Source: Candidatus Latescibacterota bacterium (GTDB taxonomy: Bacteria > Latescibacterota > UBA2968 > UBA8231). Taken from it: 64,000 bases of DNA. The notes below the pieces were generated by a model. That model worked only from the letters and a program-made list of their open reading frames with translations, made no database searches and was not told where the DNA came from. This document shows, in pieces, positions 18,838 through 28,895 of the stretch (the first letter of the stretch is position 1; every line of letters starts with the position of its first letter). The DNA is taken from assembly GCA_965217585.1 (NCBI GenBank), contig OZ244561.1, positions 6,240,001 to 6,304,000 on the forward strand, written 5' to 3'. The translations under genes and the position numbers were made by a program.

Positions 18838-20406
18838 TCAGGCCTTGAACTTCAAGTAGCGGCCCGGCCAAGTCGGCCCCAAGTCTTCGACCGCGCATCC
18901 GTTGCGGACGATGGGAACCCCGTTGACGAGGACGTGCTCGACGCCGACCGAGTACTGGTGGGGATCGACGTAGGTGGCGCGATCCGCAACAGTGGCCGCA
19001 TCAAAGACGACCAAGTCCGCGTAGAATCCCTCGGCGATTTGTCCCCGTTGCGTCAGTCCAAACCGCGATGCCGGGTGGGCGCTCAGCTTGTACACGGCGT
19101 CTTCGAGCGAGAAGAGCTGGTGGTCGCGCACGCAAGGCCCCAACAGGCGCGCGGCCGATCCGTATAAACGCGGATGAACCGCGCCGTCGGGGAAGTAAAT
19201 CCCATCGCTGCCCATCATGTATTTGTCGTGCGACAGGAAGGGATGCACCAAGGCGTCGTCGCCGTGGTGGAAGACGAGCAGGACCGCCAAGTTTTCCTCG
19301 ATCAGCAGGTCGCAGAGGGCGTCGGCTGGGGCGTCGTCGGTCTGTTGGACGTATTCGTCTAAGGTGCGGCCGATAAAGCGGGCGTTGTCCCGCCCGGGCA
19401 GCCAGGCAATGGTCATCCGATCGAGGGGGTTGACGTAGCGGTCGAGGACGCGGGCGAAGCGACGGCGGACCGCGGGATCGTTGAGTTTGGGCAAGACGCC
19501 CAACGGGCCGTCCTCCCACACCTCATAGGGCAACATGAAATTGAGCATGGTCGAGCCGGGCAGATACGGGTACACATCGAAGCTGAAATCCACCTCGTTG
19601 ACCGCGACTTGATCCACGTACGACAGCAGTTCGTCGATTTGCTGGGGCGAGGTGCCCTTGAAGTGGGAAATGTGGACCGGGACGCCGGCACGCCGGCCGA
19701 TTTCGACGGCCTCCTGCACACCGGCGAGGGTGCCCTTTTTGTAGCGCACGTGGGTGGCGTAGAGGCCCTGTTGGGCGGCCATGGCGGTGCAGGCTTCGAC
19801 GAGTTCGTCGGTAGTGGCAAAGCATTCGGCGATGTAGTCGAGGCCGGTCGAAAGGCCGACCGCGCCTTCGGCCATGCCGCGCGCGACCCCGGCGAGAATC
19901 TCTTCCATCTGCACGTCGTCGGGGACGCGGCGGTCCCAGCCGCAGGCCATGGCCCGCAGGTGGGCGTAGGGGAGGTGGGTGATGGTGTTTTGCGCGGTGC
20001 GGCCGTCGAGTAGCTGCATGTAGTCGGCGAGGCTCTCCCAGCCTGAGTAGTGGCTTTGCATTAGGCCGTTGAGGGCGCGCATGTAGTAGAGCCAGTGGGC
20101 GCGGGTGGTGGCGTCAACCGGGGCGTAGGAGATACCGTCGGCCATGAGGACTTCGGTGGTAAAGCCTTGGAGGGTCTTGGGGAGGAAGTTGGGCTTTTGC
20201 AAGAGCCAGCCGTCGGAGTGGTTGTGGACATCGACAAAGCCCGGGGCGACGATTTTACCTCGGGCGTCGATGCTGTGCTGTGATTCGGTGTTGCCGAGGT
20301 CGCCGATGGCCGCGATGCGGTCGGCGCGCAGGCCGACATCGGCGGGATAGCGGTCGGCGCGGGTGCCGTCGATGATGGTGCCGTTGCGAATGATCAAGTC
20401 GAACAA
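18838..20406 (-). CDS. N-acyl-D-amino-acid deacylase family amidohydrolase
   Basis: Probable TTG start at 20406 after AGGAGA; FDLIIRNGTIIDG, APGFVDVHNHSD, GLSTGLDY, ADLVVFD. Confidence 0.9.
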   Translation of the reverse strand: MFDLIIRNGTIIDGTRADRYPADVGLRADRIAAIGDLGNTESQHSIDARGKIVAPGFVDVHNHSDGWLLQKPNFLPKTLQGFTTEVLMADGISYAPVDATTRAHWLYYMRALNGLMQSHYSGWESLADYMQLLDGRTAQNTITHLPYAHLRAMACGWDRRVPDDVQMEEILAGVARGMAEGAVGLSTGLDYIAECFATTDELVEACTAMAAQQGLYATHVRYKKGTLAGVQEAVEIGRRAGVPVHISHFKGTSPQQIDELLSYVDQVAVNEVDFSFDVYPYLPGSTMLNFMLPYEVWEDGPLGVLPKLNDPAVRRRFARVLDRYVNPLDRMTIAWLPGRDNARFIGRTLDEYVQQTDDAPADALCDLLIEENLAVLLVFHHGDDALVHPFLSHDKYMMGSDGIYFPDGAVHPRLYGSAARLLGPCVRDHQLFSLEDAVYKLSAHPASRFGLTQRGQIAEGFYADLVVFDAATVADRATYVDPHQYSVGVEHVLVNGVPIVRNGCAVEDLGPTWPGRYLKFKA

Positions 20407-20554
20407 GGTAAGTGTCTCCTGTGAGCCGCAGTGTGAAGAAAGGTAGCCGGTCAATCTAGGCGGCTGGACGCGGCCTCGCAAGCGGCGCATCGCTGGACGG
20501 GCGCGGCCCTTTTTAGCATTTTATCGCGACCCATTTCACCGAAAGGAACCCTTC

Positions 20555-21379
20555 ATGCGCATCATCGACCCTCATGTCCACGTATGGATTAACGATCCGG
20601 CCTTTCCTTGGCCGGTGGAAAACCCCAACCCGCCTGCCGAAGACCATACGGCGGAAGATCTACTGGCGCTGATGGACGCCAACGGGGTGGAAAAAACCGT
20701 GCTGGTGCAGGTCATCCACTACCGCTGGGACAACAGCTACGTCGCCCACGTCATCAAGCAATATCCCGACCGCTTCATGGCCGTGGGACGGATCAATCCC
20801 GAAGACCCGGCCTCGCCCGACCACATGTCGATGTGGACCGAGGAACACGGCCTGCACGGGATGCGGCTCTCGCCGTCGCAGGATGCGGCGGGCGATTGGT
20901 TCAAGGGGCCGGGGATGGACCCGATTTTCGCCCGCGCTCAGGATTTGGGGATCCCGATGTTGATCTTGACCGGGGCGAGTCGGCTGCCGGATTTGGCGCG
21001 GATTCTCGATCGCTACCCGGATGTGGATTGCTGCATTGACCACATGGCCAGCGCTCATCCCGACAACCCGGAGGCGCGGCAATTGCTGATGGATATGGCC
21101 CGTTACCCCCGCGTGTACGTCAAGATCAGCCATACTTGGTCGCTGTCCGAGCAGGGCTATCCCTGGGCCGATACGCATGAGATGGTCGAGGAAGTGTATC
21201 AGACCTTCGGGCCGCAGCGCATCATGTGGGGCACGGATTGGCCGGTGTGCCTGTCGCAGGCCGAATATTCCCAGCCCCTGACGGTGGTGCGCGACGAGAT
21301 GAAGTTCATCGCGCCGGAGGACCTGGAGTGGGTGCTGGGTAAGACGGTGTTGAAGCTGTGGCCATTCGGAGAGGCATAA
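20555..21379 (+). CDS. Amidohydrolase_2 family protein (lactonase-like)
   Basis: IIDPHVHVW, IDH, YVKIS, FGPQRIMWGTDWP. Confidence 0.88.
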   Translation: MRIIDPHVHVWINDPAFPWPVENPNPPAEDHTAEDLLALMDANGVEKTVLVQVIHYRWDNSYVAHVIKQYPDRFMAVGRINPEDPASPDHMSMWTEEHGLHGMRLSPSQDAAGDWFKGPGMDPIFARAQDLGIPMLILTGASRLPDLARILDRYPDVDCCIDHMASAHPDNPEARQLLMDMARYPRVYVKISHTWSLSEQGYPWADTHEMVEEVYQTFGPQRIMWGTDWPVCLSQAEYSQPLTVVRDEMKFIAPEDLEWVLGKTVLKLWPFGEA

Positions 21380-21380
21380 G

Positions 21381-22247
21381 ATGCTGAACATCGGCATTGT
21401 TGGGGCGGAAAACAGCCACACAGCCGCCATCGCCAAGGTGCTCAACGTCGAAAAAAGAGTGCGAGGGGTACGGGTGTCTCACGTGTGGGGCGAGACCGCC
21501 CAATACGCGCAGGCCGCTGCCGCCGCCGGTCAAATCCCGCACATTGTCCGCACGCCTGCAGAGCTGATCGGCCAAGTCGATGCGGCGGTGGTCGATCACC
21601 GCCACGGCAAGGAGCACCTGCCGGCGGCTTGGCCGCTGCTGGAGGCCAAGATTCCGCTTTTTATCGACAAGCCGTTCTGCTACCGCCGGGCCGAGGGGAA
21701 GCGCTTTTTGGCACGGGCCGAGGAGTTGGGCGTGCCAGTCTGCTCTTTTTCGACGTTGCCCAAACAGGCTTCGTACCGGGACTTTGCCAAAAAGATGCGT
21801 CAGCTCGGCCCCATTCAGGCCGTGGTCTCTACTGGCCCCTGCGACATCAAGTCGAAATGGGGCGGGGTCTTTTTTTATGGCATTCACCAAGTGGATATGG
21901 TGCTGCGCCTGCTCGGCACGGATATACGCTGGGCCGAAATCCATCGCGGGGCTGGGGCCAACCACACGGCTACTCTCACGTACCGCGACGGCTGCGTCGC
22001 TACCCTGAATTTGGTGGGGGGCGCTACGCCAGGTTTCCATCTGAGCGCCATCGGCGAAAAGGGCCGCATCGACGAGCCGATCACGCCCGACGAAAGCCAG
22101 TATCTGAGCGGCGTCCGCGATTTTTGCGCCATGTTCCGCACGGGCAAAACCGACGAGACCGCGCAGACCATGCTGGGGCCGGTGGCAGTGCTGGAGGCGC
22201 TGGAGAAGTCCCTAATAAAAAAGAGCCGGGTGCGAGTGCAGCTATGA
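21381..22247 (+). CDS. Gfo/Idh/MocA family oxidoreductase
   Basis: IGIVG..NSH, FIDKP, YGIH. Confidence 0.82.
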   Translation: MLNIGIVGAENSHTAAIAKVLNVEKRVRGVRVSHVWGETAQYAQAAAAAGQIPHIVRTPAELIGQVDAAVVDHRHGKEHLPAAWPLLEAKIPLFIDKPFCYRRAEGKRFLARAEELGVPVCSFSTLPKQASYRDFAKKMRQLGPIQAVVSTGPCDIKSKWGGVFFYGIHQVDMVLRLLGTDIRWAEIHRGAGANHTATLTYRDGCVATLNLVGGATPGFHLSAIGEKGRIDEPITPDESQYLSGVRDFCAMFRTGKTDETAQTMLGPVAVLEALEKSLIKKSRVRVQL

Positions 22248-23389
22248 TCGAGAAAACCATTCGCAGATTGAAGATCGAAAACTTCAAGAGCATTGACTCT
22301 TTGGAGGTAAAGGGGCTTGCTCCCTTTTCGGTATTCGCGGGGGCGAATGGCTCGGGCAAGAGCAATTTCTTTGATGCGCTGGATTTTGTCAGTCTCTTTG
22401 TGCGCGGCGGGCTTGAAATCGCGCTGCGCGAGCATGGGGGCTTTGCAAATATCCATTCAAAGAAACGCGAGGGGGCAGATTCCAAAACGTTCAGCTTTGA
22501 GATCGAATGCGATCTTTTGGAACAGCAGGGAGTTTACTATTCGTTGAGCATTAACGACCTCGACAGCGAACCCGGAATCAAAGAATGCTTGGAGTTCAAT
22601 GAGGAACAAACTATCGAGGGGAAAGGGGATAAGGGAGAGATTGAGACCATAGGAGAACGGCCCGTTGTAAGTGAGGACCGTATCTATTATGAGGACCGTA
22701 TCTATTCGAATCTATCGCTTGAGCATCGAAATCATCCGCTTACCAAACTCCTGAGAAATTTGAACGTGTACCGGATTGAGCCTACGGGTGCAAAGGAGCC
22801 AGGTAGAGCTGACTTTGATTCAACGCAATTAGGGAGCAAGGGGCACAATCTGGCGAGTGTCTTACAGCGCTTAGAGAACGATCAGGAGATACGCGAAGAA
22901 ATTCAGGACTGGATGGAAATGATTGTCCCAGGGATCGAGAAGATCCAGATTGAACAGCAGAGACTGGATGGTAGAACAGCTCTACGATTCAAGGAGGAAG
23001 AGATCGAGAAACTGTTTCCAGCCCATCTGGTTTCAGACGGGACAATGTACGCGCTCTGTTTGCTGGTCGCCGTGCTCGACGCGCCTTCAGGTTGCGGCAT
23101 GACGTTGATTGAGGAGCCGGAAAGAGGGCTGCATCCCAAGGCCGTCCGCAAGTTGATAGATTTGATGCGGCAGCAGGCTTCGCTTGAAAATCCCATCTGG
23201 TTGACTACTCATAGCGAGTCAGTTGTTCGAGCGCTCAAACTTAGCGAACTCGTTCTCGTGGATAAGATTGACGGTCGCACTACAATGAAGTCGGCCGATG
23301 ACGGGAACATCTCCCAAGAGGATCTAGCGCCGTTGGGTCTCGACGAAGTGTGGCTCTCGAACCTGCTGGCCGGGGGAATTCCATGGTGA
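22244..23389 (+). CDS. ABC/AAA_21-type ATPase (AbiEii/OLD-like module ATPase)
   Basis: ATG 22244 overlaps the upstream stop; LKIENFKSI, GANGSGKSN, VSDGT, IEEPERGLHP, TTHS. Confidence 0.88.
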   Translation: MIEKTIRRLKIENFKSIDSLEVKGLAPFSVFAGANGSGKSNFFDALDFVSLFVRGGLEIALREHGGFANIHSKKREGADSKTFSFEIECDLLEQQGVYYSLSINDLDSEPGIKECLEFNEEQTIEGKGDKGEIETIGERPVVSEDRIYYEDRIYSNLSLEHRNHPLTKLLRNLNVYRIEPTGAKEPGRADFDSTQLGSKGHNLASVLQRLENDQEIREEIQDWMEMIVPGIEKIQIEQQRLDGRTALRFKEEEIEKLFPAHLVSDGTMYALCLLVAVLDAPSGCGMTLIEEPERGLHPKAVRKLIDLMRQQASLENPIWLTTHSESVVRALKLSELVLVDKIDGRTTMKSADDGNISQEDLAPLGLDEVWLSNLLAGGIPW

Positions 23390-23713
23390 CCGTGGGGTTC
23401 GTGGTGGAAGGGGAGTCAGAAACTCTGCTGGTCAAAAGCGAAGCGTTTCGGCAATGGCTACGTGAAGATTGCAACCTGGAAGTGGTTGATCCGGTGGTCG
23501 ATGCCTCTGGGAACGGTAATGTTAACCGGAATGCCTTGGGATCGGCTGAAGGAACTTCGCGACAAAAGAGGCAGAGGACCGGGGAGAGAACGACTCGTTT
23601 TTACCAGAAAATTCATTCGCGATCACAGGTTTGATGTCAGACGAGCAGCACAACACGCCCAGTGCCCTAGTGCCCGTTATTTTCTCGAACGGCTCTGTGC
23701 GTTGGGCAACTGA
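23383..23713 (+). pseudogene. DUF4276/Toprim-like ATPase partner, internally deleted and frameshifted
   Basis: N-terminus MVTVGFVVEGESE...DASGNGN in one frame; C-terminus ...AAQHAQCPSARYFLERL in another frame; switch near 23520. Confidence 0.6.
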
Positions 23714-23749
23714 CTATAACGTCAACAATACAAGGAGGAAGACAGTAGT

Positions 23750-24880
23750 ATGACCATCCAACTTAAATCAACAGACCAAACCCACTACGACGCCATCGCC
23801 CTAGGCGAAGTCCTCATGCGCATCGATCCCGGCCAAGTACCCACGGCTCGGGCGCGCACCGCCCGGATCTGGCACGGGGGCGGCGAGACTAATGTCGCCG
23901 AAGGCTTGAGTTATTGCTTCGGCTTGCGCGCCGCCGTCATTACGGCTCTTGTGGACGACGGGATCGGCCGCAACATCGAAAACCAACTGCGCGAAGCCGG
24001 GCTAGACACCGGGCATATCATCTGGTTTGACAACGGTGGTAAGGGCCAATTCAGCACCGACGCCAAGGGGACCTTGCACAACGGGATCAACTTCACTTGG
24101 GCCGGCAAGGGCCTTTTGCCTTCGGTGACCGAATACTATCGCGCCCACACCCCGGTGCGCGAAATCGGGCCTGGCGATGTGGACTGGGACCATCTCTTCG
24201 GCGCGTTGGGGACGCGGTGGTTTAGTACCGGCGGGATTTACACTTTGCTCTCGGAGAAGACGGCCGCACTGGCGTTAGAGGCCATGCAGAAAGCCGGCGA
24301 GCACGGCGCAGGCCGCTCCTTTGACCTCAACTACCGCTCCAAGGTCGAGCCGGACAAGGAGCGGGCACGCCAGATCAATCGCTCTATTGTGCCGCACGTC
24401 GAATTCCTCGTCGGCAACCAAGACGACTTTGACGACGCGCTGGGCTACGAAACCGAAAAGGTGGCCAAGGACGCCAGCTTTGATCAGTGGTTGGCGATCT
24501 ACACCAAGATGCTGCACCAAGTCGCCAATGACTATCCGAACCTCAAGTACATCGGCACGCAGTTGCGCGGCGCGCTGACGGCGGATCGCATCAACTGGGG
24601 CGCGGTGCTCTTCGACGTCGAGGAGGGCGAGATCTATCAAGCGGCTGTGCGGGAGAACATCGAAATCGCCGATCGCACCGGCGGCGGCGACTCCTTTGCC
24701 TCGGGCGTGATCGCGGTGCTGCTCGACGGCCGGGGAGCAGCCGACGCAGTGCAGTGGGGAGCCGCCCACGGTATCCTGGTGCAGGAGTGCATCGGCGACA
24801 CCACCATGGTCACGCGAGACGATGTTGAAAAGGAAGTCGCCCGCGCCCTCAAAGGCGGCGGCGTTTCGGCACTCAGATGA
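23750..24880 (+). CDS. PfkB family sugar kinase (KdgK-like)
   Basis: GEVLMR, GGGETNVA, FDLNYR, DRTGGGDSFASG. Confidence 0.9.
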   Translation: MTIQLKSTDQTHYDAIALGEVLMRIDPGQVPTARARTARIWHGGGETNVAEGLSYCFGLRAAVITALVDDGIGRNIENQLREAGLDTGHIIWFDNGGKGQFSTDAKGTLHNGINFTWAGKGLLPSVTEYYRAHTPVREIGPGDVDWDHLFGALGTRWFSTGGIYTLLSEKTAALALEAMQKAGEHGAGRSFDLNYRSKVEPDKERARQINRSIVPHVEFLVGNQDDFDDALGYETEKVAKDASFDQWLAIYTKMLHQVANDYPNLKYIGTQLRGALTADRINWGAVLFDVEEGEIYQAAVRENIEIADRTGGGDSFASGVIAVLLDGRGAADAVQWGAAHGILVQECIGDTTMVTRDDVEKEVARALKGGGVSALR

Positions 24881-24888
24881 GGGAGCCT

Positions 24889-24914
24889 GTAGGGGCGTCC
24901 CTTGTGGGCGCCCT
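24889..24914. repeat. GTAG-type REP-like palindrome
   Basis: GTAGGGGCGTCC-CTTGT-GGGCGCCCT in the intergenic gap. Confidence 0.55.
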
Positions 24915-24932
24915 AATCAGTGGAGAACGAAC

Positions 24933-25952
24933 ATGAGCAGGTTGCAACGGAGTATTGGGTGGGTATTGGCGCTGGCCACGTCCACTATGGCTCAGGTCAC
25001 AGTCGAGGAAATCGAGTACGAGGGCTGGGCAAACTCGATTGAAATTTCAAATCCCGATGTGCGCGTAGTCGTGGTGCCGGCCATCGGTCGCATCATGCAC
25101 TACGGATTGGCCGGGGGCGAAAACATCCTCTGGTCCGATCCCAAACTCCACGGTCAGGTGCTGCCCGACGGCCAACCCAATGTCGATGAGGAAGGCCAGT
25201 ACGTGTGGACCAACTTCGGCGGCGATAAGGTCTGGCCCAACCAGCAGAGCGATTTTGTCAAAATTAACGGCCACTCTTGGCCGCCCGATCACGCTTTCGA
25301 CGGCGCGGTACACGAGGTTGAGTTGCGGTCCCAGGGGGTGTTGATCTACAGCCCAGTAAGCGATTACAATGGGGCGCGCAGCGTGCGCGAGATCCGCTTG
25401 GCGGAACGGGGCACGCGCGTGGAAATTCACCAGCGGATCGAAAAGCTGGCTGCTGCCAAGGTCGAGCCGTTGCGCTATACCATTTGGAACGTCACCCAGA
25501 TCCAGTCGCCCGAGCAGACCCTCTATCCGCTCAACCCGCACAGCCACTTCAATCTGCGCTATCACCCCTTTGGCTTTGCCGAGAGCGCGGCGATGGGCAA
25601 CTTTACCATTGAGGGCGACATTGGCATTTTCGTGCCCGACCCGGAGGAGGCGCAGAAGACTGGAGCTGACTCGGATCGCTGGCTGGCTGGCATTGTCGGC
25701 GACGTGGTCATGGCCGAGTTTTTTCGCCGCGATGGGACCCAGAGCTACCCGGACGGGGGCCTGAGTGCCGAGGTCTATACCTGCCCGGATTACACCGAAC
25801 TAGAGCTGTTAAGCCCTTGGGTCTATTTGCAGGTGGGCGAGACCTTGATGCACGAGATCGCTTGGGAATTGCACCGCTTGCCAGCGGACGCGGGGACGCC
25901 AGAGGCGCGGCGGCAAGCGGCCGTCGAATGGCTCGCTACGCGCGTGGAATGA
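24933..25952 (+). CDS. Exported DUF4380/galactose-mutarotase-like protein
   Basis: Signal peptide; YEGW, VVVPAIGRIM, NFGGDKVWP, YTELELLSP. Confidence 0.7.
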   Translation: MSRLQRSIGWVLALATSTMAQVTVEEIEYEGWANSIEISNPDVRVVVVPAIGRIMHYGLAGGENILWSDPKLHGQVLPDGQPNVDEEGQYVWTNFGGDKVWPNQQSDFVKINGHSWPPDHAFDGAVHEVELRSQGVLIYSPVSDYNGARSVREIRLAERGTRVEIHQRIEKLAAAKVEPLRYTIWNVTQIQSPEQTLYPLNPHSHFNLRYHPFGFAESAAMGNFTIEGDIGIFVPDPEEAQKTGADSDRWLAGIVGDVVMAEFFRRDGTQSYPDGGLSAEVYTCPDYTELELLSPWVYLQVGETLMHEIAWELHRLPADAGTPEARRQAAVEWLATRVE

Positions 25953-25963
25953 GGAGGGAATGC

Positions 25964-26971
25964 GTGAAACCTAAAGTGTTGGTGGATCCACATGGTTATG
26001 CGCAGCCAGAAGAGTTGGCGCGTCTGGGGCAAGTGGTCGAGGTCGTCGAACCGACGGAGCGCCTGTCCGAGCGGGCCTTTATCGAGGCGTTGGTTGGCTG
26101 TGAAGGCGTGATCCGTCTCGGGGGGCGGTTGCCCGAGCTGACGCGGGCTGTGTTTGAAGGGGCCCCCGACTTGCGGATCGCCGGCGTCAGCGGGGATCGC
26201 TTTGGCACGGGTATCGACTTGGCGGCCGCTGGGGAGCACGGCGTGCTGGCCGTGGATACCGACAATATCGCCTCGGCCGCGCCGGTGGCCGAGTGGGACT
26301 TGGCCCTGATGCTGTTTTGTCTGCGCAATGGGGCGGCGGTTTATCGGCAGATGATGGCGGGCGATGAGCAGTGGGCGCAGGCGGGCAACGACGACTTTGT
26401 CCACGGCGAATTGACCGGCAAGAAGGTCGGATTGGTTGGATGCGGGCACGTGGGGCAGCGGTTGGTCGAATTACTAGGTCCCTTTCGGGTGGATCTGCGC
26501 GTCGCCGATCCGTATTTGCCCGAGGCAGTGGCCGCGGAGTTGGGCATTGTGCGCGGCTCGCTCGACGAGGTGTTGCAACACGCCGACATCCTCGTCGTCC
26601 AAGTTCCACACACGCCCAAGACCGAAAAAATGATTGGTGCGCGGGAGCTCGATTTGCTGGGTCGCGGTCGCATCCTGATCAATTGTTGTCGCGGGCCGGT
26701 CGTGGATTACGAGGAACTGACGCAGCGGCTGGCAAGGGGCGAGCTAATCGCCGGACTTGATGTCTTCGACCCGGAGCCGCTGCCCAAAGACAGCCTCTTA
26801 CGCCACCTGCCCAACGTCTTTGTCAGCCCCCATATAGCTTGGTATGCGCCCGAGACGTTTGGCCGCTATTTTTCGGTGATGGTCGATGAGTTCGTGCGAT
26901 TCTTCCGTGGGGAAGGGCTGCGGTTTGAACTGACGCGGCGGATGGTGGACATCCGGCACGGGCGGATTTAG
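25964..26971 (+). CDS. D-isomer specific 2-hydroxyacid dehydrogenase
   Basis: VGLVGCGHVG, LINCCRG, GLDVFDPEP, SPHIA. Confidence 0.9.
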   Translation: MKPKVLVDPHGYAQPEELARLGQVVEVVEPTERLSERAFIEALVGCEGVIRLGGRLPELTRAVFEGAPDLRIAGVSGDRFGTGIDLAAAGEHGVLAVDTDNIASAAPVAEWDLALMLFCLRNGAAVYRQMMAGDEQWAQAGNDDFVHGELTGKKVGLVGCGHVGQRLVELLGPFRVDLRVADPYLPEAVAAELGIVRGSLDEVLQHADILVVQVPHTPKTEKMIGARELDLLGRGRILINCCRGPVVDYEELTQRLARGELIAGLDVFDPEPLPKDSLLRHLPNVFVSPHIAWYAPETFGRYFSVMVDEFVRFFRGEGLRFELTRRMVDIRHGRI

Positions 26972-26979
26972 CGAGGAAA

Positions 26980-27005
26980 GGGGCAGGTCTGCGGCGACCT
27001 GCCCC
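26980..27005. terminator. Hairpin between convergent genes
   Basis: GGGGCAGGTC/GACCTGCCCC stem. Confidence 0.55.
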
Positions 27006-27019
27006 TCGGAAAATGGTTC

Positions 27020-27949
27020 CTACTTGGAGCCTTTGCGGCCGGGAAAGGTCAGCTCGGCAATACCCGACTTGTCGAGGTCACCGAGGCCCAGTTTTTTCAT
27101 TTTGTCGTACTGGCGCTTGGTCGCTTGGGCCAGCGGTAGGCTAAGCTTATTTTGGCGGGCCAGTGCGAGGGCGATGCCGGAGTCCTTGGCCGCGTGGTCC
27201 GCGGAAAAATAGCACTCGTGGTCGCGGATGGTCATGTCCTCGCCGTCGGTCTCTAGGACGCGCGAGTTGGCTCCAGTTTGGGAGAAGACCTTCATCAGCG
27301 TCTTCAGGTCCAGCCCGAGGGCTTGGCCTAGGCCCAACCCTTCGGCCAGCCCAGCGGTGTTGATGTTCATGACCATGTTGACGAGGGCCTTGACTTGGGC
27401 CGCTTGGCCGGCCGGGCCGATATAGCGCAAATCGACGCTCAGGGCGTCGAGGATGGGCCGGACGCGGTTGAAGACGCTGCGCTTGCCGCCGCACATCAAA
27501 TACAGCGTGCCTTGGCGCGCTTGGGTGATGCTCGAGGCCATGCAGCCTTCGAGGGAGGAAGCACCAACCGCTGCCGCGCGCTCTTCGACCTCGACGTGGA
27601 CCGCGGGCGAGATGGTGGCGCAGTTGATAAAGGTGGTGCCTTTGGCATTGGCCAACAGGGAGTCGCCAGAAGTGGAAAAGATCGAACGCACGGCCGCGTC
27701 GTCGGTGACCACGGTGATGACCACGTCGGAGAGGGCCGTAACTTCGGCCAGGGTTTTGGGAGCGGCGCAGCTGAGCTCTTTGGCTAGTTTGCGGGCGGAG
27801 CGGCTGTTGGCGTCGAATACGGCCGAAATGTTGAAGCCCTTGTCGTTGAGGTTAAGGGCCATGTTGGCTCCCATACGACCCACGCCGACAAAGCCGATTT
27901 GAAAGTCCTTTTTGCCCTTTTTGCTTTTGGCGGATTTTCTTTTTGCCAT
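27020..27949 (-). CDS. 3-hydroxyisobutyrate dehydrogenase family NAD(P)-dependent oxidoreductase
   Basis: IGFVGVGRMGANMA, KALVNM, AAKD. Confidence 0.88.
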   Translation of the reverse strand: MAKRKSAKSKKGKKDFQIGFVGVGRMGANMALNLNDKGFNISAVFDANSRSARKLAKELSCAAPKTLAEVTALSDVVITVVTDDAAVRSIFSTSGDSLLANAKGTTFINCATISPAVHVEVEERAAAVGASSLEGCMASSITQARQGTLYLMCGGKRSVFNRVRPILDALSVDLRYIGPAGQAAQVKALVNMVMNINTAGLAEGLGLGQALGLDLKTLMKVFSQTGANSRVLETDGEDMTIRDHECYFSADHAAKDSGIALALARQNKLSLPLAQATKRQYDKMKKLGLGDLDKSGIAELTFPGRKGSK

Positions 27950-28085
27950 TTCGTTCTCCTCAGTTGAAGGGGTAAAATGTCCTAACCGCCGACCAAAGCG
28001 GTCGGCGGAAAACGAATTGTGGTGGGCCGAATGCGATGGCCCATAACATACTGAGCGCGTTAGATATATTCAATAGAGGTGTGCT

Positions 28086-28877
28086 ATGAAAGTAGGGATC
28101 ACGCAGATCATTTTGGGGAGCATGTCGTTAGAGGACACCCTGACGCTGTGCGAGGACGCTGGCTACCAAGCTGTGGAGTTGGTTTTTGCCGAGGGCAAGG
28201 ACCTGGATCCGAGCATGAGCGCCGACGAGATCGCGCAGGTTGGGCAGCAGTGCGTTGCGGCCGGAGTTGAAATCGGCAGCGTCATTGTCTGGTATCAGGA
28301 GCGCGGCAATCTGCTCAGCCGCGATGCCGGCGAGCGCGAGCGGTGCCTCAAGTGCTTGCGGCGCTCGCTTGAGATCGCCGGTGCGCTGTCGGTTGATGGG
28401 GTGCTGCTGCACCCGGGCCAGCTAGCGGTCGAGGGTACCTATCAGCAGGCTTGGGATGGGTTGCGGGACGCGCTGAGCGATACGGCCCCCTTGGCCGAGG
28501 AAATGGGGGCGGCCATTGGCTTGGAAAACGTCTGGAACAAGTTCCTGCTCAGCCCGCGCGAAGCCCGGCTTTTCGTCGATGAAATCGACAGCGAGTGGGT
28601 GGGGATCTACCTCGACACGGCTAACATGATGGCCTATGGCTATCCAGAGCACTGGATCCGCGAGTTGGGGCCGCGCATCAAGAAGGTCCATTTCAAGGAT
28701 TTCCGCCGCAGCGAGCACAGCTTCGTCAACCTGCTTGAAGGGGATACAGACTGGCCGGCGGTCATGGCCGCCTTGCGGGCGGTGGGATACGATTCTACGC
28801 TGATTCACGAAGTGGGCGGCAGCCGCGAAGAACTCATTGATCTTGGTGCGCGCATGCGCCAAATTGCCGCCTTGTAA
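28086..28877 (+). CDS. Sugar phosphate isomerase/epimerase (xylose isomerase-like TIM barrel)
   Basis: LENVWNKFLLSP, YLDTAN, VHFKD. Confidence 0.88.
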   Translation: MKVGITQIILGSMSLEDTLTLCEDAGYQAVELVFAEGKDLDPSMSADEIAQVGQQCVAAGVEIGSVIVWYQERGNLLSRDAGERERCLKCLRRSLEIAGALSVDGVLLHPGQLAVEGTYQQAWDGLRDALSDTAPLAEEMGAAIGLENVWNKFLLSPREARLFVDEIDSEWVGIYLDTANMMAYGYPEHWIRELGPRIKKVHFKDFRRSEHSFVNLLEGDTDWPAVMAALRAVGYDSTLIHEVGGSREELIDLGARMRQIAAL

Positions 28878-28895
28878 ACATAGGAGGAATGAGAC

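Noticed and set aside
21485-22243. Apparent 253-aa N-terminal extension of the ATPase (634-aa ORF)
   Set aside because: Overlaps the Gfo/Idh/MocA gene out of frame; ATPase motifs start at ATG 22244
27979-28066. attC-like reading of CCTAAC...GTTAGAT with internal hairpins
   Set aside because: Lies in a divergent promoter region, does not follow a stop codon, and the hairpins are local rather than one attC fold
23750-28877. Sulfoquinovose (sulfo-EMP) pathway from PfkB + HIBDH-like + mutarotase-like genes
   Set aside because: The HIBDH-like protein has EGCMASS rather than the PVGRT sulfonate motif of YihU, and no YihT/YihQ-like genes are present
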